Shown here: piece after piece, positions 1 through 8,144 of the stretch
How positions within the stretch are numbered: the stretch's first letter is position 1
Layout of the letters: the number at the start of each line of letters is the position of its first letter
DNA from: Candidatus Dormibacteria bacterium
GTDB lineage: Bacteria; Chloroflexota; Dormibacteria; Aeolococcales; Bog-877
DNA length: 64,000 bases
Direction: 5' to 3'
NCBI GenBank assembly: GCA_050734515.1
Contig: JBOHUM010000029.1
Coordinates: 8,513-72,512, forward strand
Program-made: the position numbers and the translations under genes
The notes under the pieces: generated by a model
The model's database searches: none
What the model saw: the letters and a program-made list of their open reading frames with translations, nothing else
Told to the model about the DNA's origin: nothing

Positions 1-893
1 CCCTCACCGCCTTCATCCTCGCCCAGGTGGCACTGGAGGCCGGGCTCCCGGCCGGGGTTCTCAACGTTCTCACCGGCTACGGACCCACCACCGGCGAGGG
101 CCTGGTGTCCCACCCCCTGGTGGACATGGTCTCCTTCACCGGCTCCACCAGGGCCGGGCGCCGGGTGTCGGAGCTGGCCGCCGAGCGCGTGACCCCGGTG
201 ACCCTGGAGCTGGGGGGCAAGTCGGCGAGCGTGGTGCTCGAGGACGCCGATGTGGCCAAGGCGGCCAAGTTCGCCGTCTACAACGCCTTCCTCAACGCCG
301 GCCAGACCTGCACCGCACTGAGCCGGCTGCTGGTGCCGGCGGACCGTGAGGACGAGGCGGTGGAGGTGGCGGTGGAGACCGCCCGCAAGCTCCCCCCCGG
401 GGACCCCCTGGACGAGTCCACCAAGCTGGGGGCGCTGGCCTCCCTGGCCCAGCTGGAGCGGGTGCGCGCCTACATCCGCAAGGGCCTCGACCAGGGGGCT
501 CGCCTGGCCACCGGTGGCCCCGAGCCGCCGCCGGGGCTGGAGCGGGGCTACTTCGTCGAGCCCACGGTCTTTGCCGGGGTCAGCCCGGAGATGAGCATCG
601 CCCAGGAGGAGATCTTCGGGCCGGTGCTGTCGGTGCTGCCCTACCGCAGCGAGGGTGAGGCCCTGGAGATCGCCAACGGCACCCCCTACGGCCTGGCGGG
701 GGCGGTCTGGTCCGGGGATCCAGAGCGGGCTCTGGAATTCGCCCGGCGGATGCGGGCGGGCACGGTCGAGGTCAACGGCGGGGCCTTCAGCCTGGCCGCC
801 CCCTTCGGCGGGGTCAAGCAGTCCGGGCACGGCCGCGAGTTCGGCCGTTACGGGCTGCTCGAGTACCTGGTGCCCAAGTCGATCCAGCGCTGA
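1..893 (+). CDS. aldehyde dehydrogenase family protein (5'-truncated by window edge)
   Basis: Reading frame is open from base 1 (…LTAFILAQ-VALEAGLPAGVLNVLTG…), so the track's GTG at 27 is internal. Motifs ELGGKSA and FLNAGQTC match the ALDH superfamily catalytic region. Stop at 891-893. Confidence 0.8.
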   Translation, partial: LTAFILAQVALEAGLPAGVLNVLTGYGPTTGEGLVSHPLVDMVSFTGSTRAGRRVSELAAERVTPVTLELGGKSASVVLEDADVAKAAKFAVYNAFLNAGQTCTALSRLLVPADREDEAVEVAVETARKLPPGDPLDESTKLGALASLAQLERVRAYIRKGLDQGARLATGGPEPPPGLERGYFVEPTVFAGVSPEMSIAQEEIFGPVLSVLPYRSEGEALEIANGTPYGLAGAVWSGDPERALEFARRMRAGTVEVNGGAFSLAAPFGGVKQSGHGREFGRYGLLEYLVPKSIQR

Positions 894-909
894 GGTCGAG
901 GAGCGGCCC

Positions 910-3612
910 TCAGTCGGGGGAGGCGATCCGCTCCAGGCGAGCCTGGGCCGCGGCCAGGCGAGCCCCCGGCACTCGGAAGGGCGAGCAGGAGACGTAGTCC
1001 AGCTGAAGGTGTTCGCAGACGGCGATCGAGGGGGCGTCGCCGCCGTGCTCGCCGCAGATGCCCACCTCGAGGTCGGGCCGGGTGGCGCGACCATCCGCCA
1101 CCGCTAGGGCCATCAGCCGCCCGACTCCCTCAGGGTCGAGGTGCTCGAAGGGGTTGGCCGGAAGGATGCCCTCCTGCACATAGCGGTTGAGGAACTTGCC
1201 CTCGGCGTCGTCGCGGGAGACGCCGTAGGTCATCTGGGTGAGGTCGTTGGTGCCGAAGGAGAAGAAGTCGGCCTGCTCCGCCACCCGGCCGGCGGTGAGC
1301 GCCGCCCGGGGCACCTCGATCATGGTCCCGATCTTGATCTCCAGGCGCTGCCCCTGTTCGCGGGCCACCTCCTTCAGGGTGGTCTCGATCACCACCCGGG
1401 AGCGGCGCAGCTCCTCGACGCTTCCCACCAGCGGCACCATGATCTCAGGGACCGGCCGCAGCCGCCGCTGGCGCAGCTCCGCCGCGGCCTCGGCGATGGC
1501 TCGCACCTGCATCTCGATGATCTCGGGGAAGAGCAGGCCCAGCCGGCAGCCGCGCAACCCCAGCATCGGGTTCTGCTCGCGCAGTTCCTCCACCGCCTCC
1601 AGGAGCCGCTCGGCCCGGGCCAGGCGCTTGGGCGCCTTCTTGGTGGCCCGCAGCCGGGCCACCTCCTCCAGCAGCAGGTCGTGGCTGGGTAGGAACTCAT
1701 GCAGGGGCGGGTCGATCAGGCGGATGATCACGGGCAGACCCTGCATCGCCTCGAGAATGCCGACGAAGTCCTGGCGCTGGTAGGGCAGGAGCCGCTGCAG
1801 CTGCCGCCGCCGCTCCCGCTCGTCCTGGGCCAGGATCATGGCTTGGACGTGGGGCAGGCGCTCCTGCTCCATGAACATGTGCTCGGTGCGGCAGAGGCCT
1901 ATGCCCTGGGCCCCGAAGCGGCGGGCCCGCTCTGCGTCGGCGGGATTGTCCGCGTTGGCCAAGACCCGAAGCCGCCGCACCTCGTCGGCCATCGCCAGCA
2001 GCTCCTCCAGGTCACCGGAGACGCTGGGCTCGACCGTGGCCACGGTGCCGGCGATCACCCGGCCGTCGCTGCCGTCGATGGTGAAGACCTCGCCCTCGCG
2101 CACGGTCACTCCCCCGGCCTGGAAGCGCCGCCGGGCCAGGTCGACCTTGACCTCCTCCGCCCCGGCCACGCAGGGCTTGCCCATCCCCCGGGCTACCACC
2201 GCCGCGTGGGAGGTGCGCCCGCCCCGGGAGGTGAGCACCCCCTCGGCGGCGATCATGCCGTGGACGTCGTCAGGGTTGGTCTCGACCCGGACCAGGATCA
2301 CCTTCTTGCCCTGGGCGGCCATGGCCTCGGCCCGATCGGCGTCGAAGACGGCGGCGCCGCTGGCGGCTCCGGGGGAGGCCGCCAGCCCCTGGGCCAGCAC
2401 CGTGACCTTGGCCCCGGGGTCGATCGCCCGATGCAGGAGGTGATCCACCTGGGCGGGTTCCACCCGGCCCAGCGCCTCATGCTTGGAGATCAGCCCCTCG
2501 CGCACCATCTCCACCGCGGTCCGGACCGCGGCCGCGGCGGTGCGCTTGGCACCCCGGGTCTGGAGCATGTAGAGCCGGCCGCGCTCGATGGTGAACTCCA
2601 TGTCCTGAACGTCGCGGTAGTGGGCCTCGAGGCGTTCGGCGATCGCCGCGAAGTCGGCGTAGACCTGGGGCAGGGCGCGCTCCAAAGCGGCGATCGGCTC
2701 GGGGGTGCGGATGCCGGCGACCACGTCCTCGCCCTGGGCGTTGAGCAGGTACTCGCCGAAGAGCCGGCGCTCTCCGGTGGAGGGGTCGCGGGTGAAGGCC
2801 ACCCCGGTACCCGAGTCCGGGCCCATGTTGCCGAAGACCATCGCCTGGACGCTGACTGCGGTACCCATGTCGTGGGGGATGTGGTTGTACTCCCGGTAGG
2901 CGACCGCCCGGCGGCCGTTCCAGGAGGAGAAGACGGCGGCGATCGCCTGGGTCAGCTGGACCTGGGGGTCCTCGGGGAACACCTTGCCGGTGTGGCGCCG
3001 GCAGCTGGCCTGGAAGCGCTCCACCAGCCGCTCCAGGGCCTCGACCGGGAGCTCGGAATCGCTCGCCACCCGGGCACGGCGCTTGGCCGCCTCCAGGTCG
3101 CTGTCGAAGACCTCGGCCTCGATCCCGAGCACGATCCGGCCGAAGAGCTGGACGAAGCGGCGCTGGGCGTCGAGGGCGAAGCGGCGGTCCCCGGTGCGGG
3201 CTGCCAGGCCCTCGACGGTGCTGGAGTTGAGCCCCAGGTTGAGGACCGTGTCCATCATCCCCGGCATGGAGATGGCGGCGCCCGAGCGCACCGACACCAG
3301 GAGTGGGTCGGCGGCGTCCCCCAGGCGCTTGCCCGCGCGCTCCTCTAGGCGAGCCAGGTGCTCGCCCACCTCGGCCAGCAACCCCTCGGGGAACCGCCCC
3401 CCGGCGCCCAGGTAGGCGGTGCAGGCCTCGGTGGTGATGGTGAAGCCCGGGGGCACGGGGAGGCCGGCCCGAGTCATCTCCGCCACTCCGGCGCCCTTGC
3501 CCCCCAGGAGGGCCCGCATCTCCCCGGTCCCCTCGGTGAAGTCGTAGACCAGCTTGGAACGGTCCGGGGGCGCCGGCCGGGTCCGGCCGCGGGCCCGGGT
3601 CGAGGTTGCCAT
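910..3612 (-). CDS. ppdK: pyruvate, phosphate dikinase
   Basis: 900-aa ORF with the PPDK N-terminal ATP-grasp (KLVYDFTEG…GGKGAGVAEM), central phospho-His domain (TSHAAVVARGMGKPCV) and C-terminal PEP-utilising TIM barrel (CRTEHMF…GICGEHGGDP). Confidence 0.92.
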   Translation of the reverse strand: MATSTRARGRTRPAPPDRSKLVYDFTEGTGEMRALLGGKGAGVAEMTRAGLPVPPGFTITTEACTAYLGAGGRFPEGLLAEVGEHLARLEERAGKRLGDAADPLLVSVRSGAAISMPGMMDTVLNLGLNSSTVEGLAARTGDRRFALDAQRRFVQLFGRIVLGIEAEVFDSDLEAAKRRARVASDSELPVEALERLVERFQASCRRHTGKVFPEDPQVQLTQAIAAVFSSWNGRRAVAYREYNHIPHDMGTAVSVQAMVFGNMGPDSGTGVAFTRDPSTGERRLFGEYLLNAQGEDVVAGIRTPEPIAALERALPQVYADFAAIAERLEAHYRDVQDMEFTIERGRLYMLQTRGAKRTAAAAVRTAVEMVREGLISKHEALGRVEPAQVDHLLHRAIDPGAKVTVLAQGLAASPGAASGAAVFDADRAEAMAAQGKKVILVRVETNPDDVHGMIAAEGVLTSRGGRTSHAAVVARGMGKPCVAGAEEVKVDLARRRFQAGGVTVREGEVFTIDGSDGRVIAGTVATVEPSVSGDLEELLAMADEVRRLRVLANADNPADAERARRFGAQGIGLCRTEHMFMEQERLPHVQAMILAQDERERRRQLQRLLPYQRQDFVGILEAMQGLPVIIRLIDPPLHEFLPSHDLLLEEVARLRATKKAPKRLARAERLLEAVEELREQNPMLGLRGCRLGLLFPEIIEMQVRAIAEAAAELRQRRLRPVPEIMVPLVGSVEELRRSRVVIETTLKEVAREQGQRLEIKIGTMIEVPRAALTAGRVAEQADFFSFGTNDLTQMTYGVSRDDAEGKFLNRYVQEGILPANPFEHLDPEGVGRLMALAVADGRATRPDLEVGICGEHGGDAPSIAVCEHLQLDYVSCSPFRVPGARLAAAQARLERIASPD

Positions 3613-3785
3613 CTGGCGGTGCCTCCTTCGAGATTGCGACCAACTTCGAGTTTAGCGTCGGGGTCGGCGGATCAAGAATGGAGCCAGTGCTAGCATCCAG
3701 GCGTCCCCCAGTGGGATCTGCGACGCGCCCAGAGGGCTGGGGCGCCCGCCGCCCGTCCTCAGGACGTCCGGGAGTTTCGAGCTAG

Positions 3786-5654
3786 ATGAGCATGCACCAA
3801 ATGGGGGGCCGGGGCGGCCACCGGATGCTGCGGGGACTCGGCGAGCCCCGAGACCCCGACCTGAGCCGTCCTCGGACCAAGGGCACGGTGCGGCGGGTGA
3901 TCCGGCTCTTCATCCCCTACCGCTGGAAGGTGGCAGGGGTGCTGGCGATCCTGATGGTGGTGGCGGGCCTGGGGATCGTCAACCCCTACATGCTCAAGTT
4001 GATCATCGACCAGGGAATCCTGCACCACAAGCTCCACCTGCTGGTGATCCTCTTCGCGGTGATGGTGATCACCCCGGTGATCAGTACCGGCCTGGGCGTC
4101 TGGCAGACCTTCCTCAACGCCGTGGTCGGGCAGCGGATGATGCAGGACCTGCGGGTCGCCCTCTACAGCCACCTCCAGAACCTGCCCCTGCGCTTCTTCA
4201 CCGCCACCCGTACCGGCGAGATCCAGTCGCGGCTGGCCAACGACGTGGGCGGAGTGGATTCGGTGATCACCAACACCGCCACCAACACCGTGGCCAACCT
4301 CACCCGGACCGCCGCCACCCTGGCGGGGATGGCCTTCCTCAGCTGGCAGCTGACCCTGCTCTCGGTGGCGCTGCTGCCCCTCTTCATTGTGGTCACGGTC
4401 CGGGTCGGCGAGGTCCGGCGCCGGGTCAGCGCCGACACCCAGGCCACTCTGGCCGACCTCTCCGCCCTGGCCGAGGAGACCCTCTCGGTGAGCGGGATCC
4501 TGCTCACCAAGGTCTACGGCCGCGAACGGGCGGCCCGGCGCCGCTACGTGAACGAGACCGGCCGGCTCACCAACCTGATGATCCGCCAGCAGATGGTGGG
4601 CCGCTGGTTCTTCGGCTTCATCCAGACCTTCTTCGCCATCCTCCCGGCGGGGGTCTACCTCATGGCCGGGCTGCTCCTCCACGCCGGCCGCGGCGGCGGG
4701 GTCACGGTGGGGACCCTGGTCTCCTTCACCACCTTCCAGTCCGCCCTCTTCTTCCCCGTCGGGCAGCTGCTCAACGTCCAGGTGGAGCTGCAGGGGGCAC
4801 TGGCCCTGTTCGACCGCATCTTCCAGTACCTGGACCTCCCGGTCGAGATCGCCGACCGCCCCGGAGCGATCTCGATCCCCACCTCCCAGATCCAGGGCCG
4901 GATCGGCTTCGAGGAGGTCAGCTTCAGCTACGAGCCAGGGACGGCGGCCGCCGTCCGCGAAGTCAGCTTCGAGGCCGAGCCCGGGCAGCTGGTGGCACTG
5001 GTGGGTCCGAGCGGGGCGGGCAAGACCACCCTGACCTACCTAATGGCCCGCCTCTACGACGTCGATCAGGGCCGGGTGCTGCTGGACGGCCACGACCTGC
5101 GGGACCTGACCCAGACCACCCTGCGCTCGGCGATCGCGGTGGTCACCCAGGAGACCTTCCTCTTCCACAGCACCATCCGCGAGAACCTCCTGGTGGGCAA
5201 GCCCGAGGCCAGCGACCAGCAGATGGAGGCCGCCGCTCGGGCGGCGGCGATCCACGACCGGATCATGGAACTGCCCCAGGGTTACGACACCGTCGGCGGC
5301 GAGCGCGGCTACCGCCTGAGCGGCGGCGAGAAGCAGCGGGTGGCCCTGGCGCGAGCCATCCTCAAGAACCCGCGGGTGCTGATCCTGGACGAGGCTACCA
5401 GCGCCCTGGACAGCCACAGCGAGCGCGCCATCCAGGCGGCCCTGGAACTGCTCATGGAGGGCCGGACCACGATCGCCATCGCCCACCGCCTCTCCACCAT
5501 CCTCGCCGCCGACCTGATCCTGATGCTGGACCACGGACGGATCATCGAACGCGGCAGCCACGCCCAGCTCCTGGCCCAGGAGGGCGCTTACGCCAAGCTC
5601 TACCTGGAGCAGTTCGCCACCCAGCCGGAGCAGTCCCTGGAGGCGGTCGGCTAG
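3786..5654 (+). CDS. ABC transporter, fused permease/ATP-binding protein (MsbA/exporter type)
   Basis: Six-TM N-terminal domain followed by Walker A GPSGAGKTT, ABC signature LSGGEKQRVALARA, and Walker B/D-loop ILDEATSALD. The true start may be an internal Met (MLRGL at 3825). Confidence 0.85.
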   Translation: MSMHQMGGRGGHRMLRGLGEPRDPDLSRPRTKGTVRRVIRLFIPYRWKVAGVLAILMVVAGLGIVNPYMLKLIIDQGILHHKLHLLVILFAVMVITPVISTGLGVWQTFLNAVVGQRMMQDLRVALYSHLQNLPLRFFTATRTGEIQSRLANDVGGVDSVITNTATNTVANLTRTAATLAGMAFLSWQLTLLSVALLPLFIVVTVRVGEVRRRVSADTQATLADLSALAEETLSVSGILLTKVYGRERAARRRYVNETGRLTNLMIRQQMVGRWFFGFIQTFFAILPAGVYLMAGLLLHAGRGGGVTVGTLVSFTTFQSALFFPVGQLLNVQVELQGALALFDRIFQYLDLPVEIADRPGAISIPTSQIQGRIGFEEVSFSYEPGTAAAVREVSFEAEPGQLVALVGPSGAGKTTLTYLMARLYDVDQGRVLLDGHDLRDLTQTTLRSAIAVVTQETFLFHSTIRENLLVGKPEASDQQMEAAARAAAIHDRIMELPQGYDTVGGERGYRLSGGEKQRVALARAILKNPRVLILDEATSALDSHSERAIQAALELLMEGRTTIAIAHRLSTILAADLILMLDHGRIIERGSHAQLLAQEGAYAKLYLEQFATQPEQSLEAVG

Positions 5655-5676
5655 GCGCCCAGCCTATGATCCGCCG

Positions 5677-6042
5677 GTGCCGGCCCGCTTCTATTCGGTG
5701 GTGATCGACTCGGCAGACCCCCGGCGGCTGGCCCGCTTCTGGGCAGAGGTGCTGGGTTTCCCGATCGTCTACGAGGCTGACGACGAGGTGGCAGTGGCCA
5801 AGGACGATGACACCTACCCTGGCCTGATCTTCGTGTCGGTGCCCGAGGCCAAGACGATCAAGAACCGCCTCCACATCGACCTGGCCCCCGACGATCGCGA
5901 CGCCGAGGTGGAGCGGCTGCTGCAGCTGGGGGCGACCCGAGCGGATGTCGGTCAGGGGCCCGATGTCACCTGGGTAGTGCTGCGAGACGTCGAGGGCAAC
6001 GAGTTCTGTGTGCTCAGCTCCCGCGAGGGTGGGGTGACCTAG
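5677..6042 (+). CDS. VOC (glyoxalase/bleomycin-resistance) family protein
   Basis: 121-aa ORF with a glyoxalase-like betaalphabeta fold signature (FYSVVIDSADPRRLARFWAEVLGF…LHIDL). Confidence 0.65.
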   Translation: MPARFYSVVIDSADPRRLARFWAEVLGFPIVYEADDEVAVAKDDDTYPGLIFVSVPEAKTIKNRLHIDLAPDDRDAEVERLLQLGATRADVGQGPDVTWVVLRDVEGNEFCVLSSREGGVT

Positions 6043-7367
6043 TCCGGGGAAACGCCGGTCGCGAGCCGTTCCCGCAGGGCCGCGACCAGGTGGTCCATCC
6101 CCACCCGGCTCTGCTCCATGCTGTCCCGCTCGCGGATGGTGGCCGCCTGATCCTCCAGGGTCTGAAAGTCGATCGTCACCGCCAGTGGGGTGCCGATCTC
6201 GTCCTGACGGCGGTAGCGGCGGCCGATCGACTGGGTGTCGTCATACTCGGTCGCGAAGTGGCGGCGCAGCTCCGCCTCCAGCCGCCGGGCCGGCTCCACC
6301 AGCTCCGCCTTCTTGGATAGCGGCAGCACCGCCACCTGGAAGGGCGCCACCTCGGCGCTGAGCCGCAGCACCACCCGGCGCTCGCCGCGCACCTGCTCCT
6401 CCTCATAGGCGTCGAGCAGCAGGCAGAGCAGGGTCCGGTCCAGGCCCAGGGCGGGCTCCACCACATAGGGAAGGTAGCGAGCGCCGGTGGCCGGATCGGT
6501 GTACTGCAGGTCGCGGCCACTGCTCTCCTGGTGGCGCCGCAGGTCGTAATCGCTGCGCCGGGCGATCCCCTCCAGCTCACCCCAGCCCCAGGGAAAGCGG
6601 TACTCGATGTCGCTGGAGGCCAGCGCGTAGTGGGCCTTCTCGTCCTCGCCGTGGGCTCGCAGGCGCAGGTTCTCCGAGCGCAGGCCCAGGGCCCGGTGCC
6701 ACTCCAGGCGCTGCTGGCACCAGTACTCGTACCAGTGCAGGTCGCGGTCGGGCTCGCAGAACCACTCCATCTCCAGCATCTCCAGCTCGCGCAGACGGAA
6801 GATGAAGTTCCCGGTGGAGATCTCGTTGCGAAAACTGCGGCCGATCTGGGCGATCCCAAACGGGACCCTCTGCCGAGAGCCGGCCAGCACGTTCTTGAAG
6901 TTGACGAACATGCCCTGAGCGGTCTCAGGGCGCAGGTAGACCACCGAGCCCGCCTCCTCGACCGGGCCGACGAAGGTCTTGAACATGAGGTTGAACTGGC
7001 GGGGAGGGCCGAGCGGCCCGCCACACTTGGGGCAGCTGCCGCCCTCGAGCTGGTCGGCGCGCCAGCGCTGGTGACAGGTGCCGAGGCAGTCCACCATCGG
7101 GTCGCTGAAGTTGCTGAGGTGTCCAGACGCCTCCCACACCCGAGGATTCATCAGGATTGCCGCCTCCAGACCCTCGACGTCGTCGCGGAGGTCGACCATG
7201 TCCCGCCACCAGAGCTCGCGAATCCGGCGCCGCATCCTCACCCCCAGGGGGCCGAAGTCGTAGACGGCGTTGAGGCCGCCATAGATCTCGCTGCTCTGAA
7301 AGACGAAGCCCCGGCGCTTGCACAGCGACACCAGGGTCTCGAGGAGATTTGCGGGCGAATCCGGCAT
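6039..7367 (-). CDS. glyQS: glycine--tRNA ligase (single-chain alpha2 type)
   Basis: N-terminus MPDSPANLLETLVSLCKRRGFVFQSSEIYGG is typical of class II GlyRS. Class II motifs are present throughout. Start chosen at the ATG at 7367, since the upstream M in the track gives an atypical extension. Confidence 0.9.
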   Translation of the reverse strand: MPDSPANLLETLVSLCKRRGFVFQSSEIYGGLNAVYDFGPLGVRMRRRIRELWWRDMVDLRDDVEGLEAAILMNPRVWEASGHLSNFSDPMVDCLGTCHQRWRADQLEGGSCPKCGGPLGPPRQFNLMFKTFVGPVEEAGSVVYLRPETAQGMFVNFKNVLAGSRQRVPFGIAQIGRSFRNEISTGNFIFRLRELEMLEMEWFCEPDRDLHWYEYWCQQRLEWHRALGLRSENLRLRAHGEDEKAHYALASSDIEYRFPWGWGELEGIARRSDYDLRRHQESSGRDLQYTDPATGARYLPYVVEPALGLDRTLLCLLLDAYEEEQVRGERRVVLRLSAEVAPFQVAVLPLSKKAELVEPARRLEAELRRHFATEYDDTQSIGRRYRRQDEIGTPLAVTIDFQTLEDQAATIRERDSMEQSRVGMDHLVAALRERLATGVSPD

Positions 7368-7427
7368 CAGGCCCTCCGGCGGACCCGGCCGGGCGCGCTC
7401 AAGGCACCGCAACTCAGGGTCAGGGCG

Positions 7428-8138
7428 TCATTCTACGGGCGGGTCCGGCTGGGCCCGCCCCACCGCCATCGCCCCCGCCGTGGTCAGGAGCGTCGCCTTC
7501 CCCGGACCCAGCACCCTCCAGCGACGGCCATCCCAGCAAAGGCCGGTGAGCTCGTCGATACCCACCAACTGATGGCGATCGGCCAGCTCTTGGGCCGCCC
7601 GCCGCCAGCGGCCGCCGGCCGAGTTCCAGTGGGGCAGCACCACCATCCGCGGCAGCAGGCCCACGCCCTGGGTCAGGGCGAACTCGCGGCCGGGAACCAA
7701 GCAGTGGGCTCCCAGCAGCATCGCCCCGGCGCTGGAGCCGGCCAGAGGCACCCCCGAGCGCAGCAGCTGGAGCAGGACCCGGGCCGCCCCGGAGCCTGCC
7801 AGCACACGGCATCCGGCACCGGGGTCGCCGCCGCAGATGTAGACCGCGGCCGCCTGCCCCAGCTGGCTCAGAAGGCCCGGGTCGGACGCGTCCCCAGGAC
7901 TCTGGATGAAGCACCCCTCCACGCTCGCCCCCAGCTGCTGGAAGTAGCTCCCGGCCCAGGCCACCGCGTCCCGCGGCCGGTCCTGGGCCGGGGAGGTCAA
8001 CACCGTCACCCGGGGATGGGCGGCACGCGCCAGCCACCAGGAGTCGGCGGCCTCGGCCCCCGGCCGCCACTCGTTGCCTCCCAGCAGGAGCAGCGTCGCT
8101 CGCGCAGGCTCGGGGCCCGCGCGGGCCACTGCTAGCAT
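7428..8138 (-). CDS. peptidase S51 family protein (dipeptidase E/cyanophycinase-like)
   Basis: 236 aa. GSSAG nucleophile-elbow motif (LAGSSAGAMLLG) and the LLLGGNE N-terminal Rossmann-like segment match S51/class I glutamine amidotransferase-like peptidases. Confidence 0.65.
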   Translation of the reverse strand: MLAVARAGPEPARATLLLLGGNEWRPGAEAADSWWLARAAHPRVTVLTSPAQDRPRDAVAWAGSYFQQLGASVEGCFIQSPGDASDPGLLSQLGQAAAVYICGGDPGAGCRVLAGSGAARVLLQLLRSGVPLAGSSAGAMLLGAHCLVPGREFALTQGVGLLPRMVVLPHWNSAGGRWRRAAQELADRHQLVGIDELTGLCWDGRRWRVLGPGKATLLTTAGAMAVGRAQPDPPVE

Positions 8139-8144
8139 CGATCA

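Noticed and set aside
1699-3348. 549-aa plus-strand ORF, and several other long ORFs (1141-1692, 1238-1783, 1838-2443), antisense to ppdK.
   Set aside because: Gly/Arg/Pro/His-rich composition typical of GC-rich antisense frames. ppdK on the opposite strand is unambiguous.
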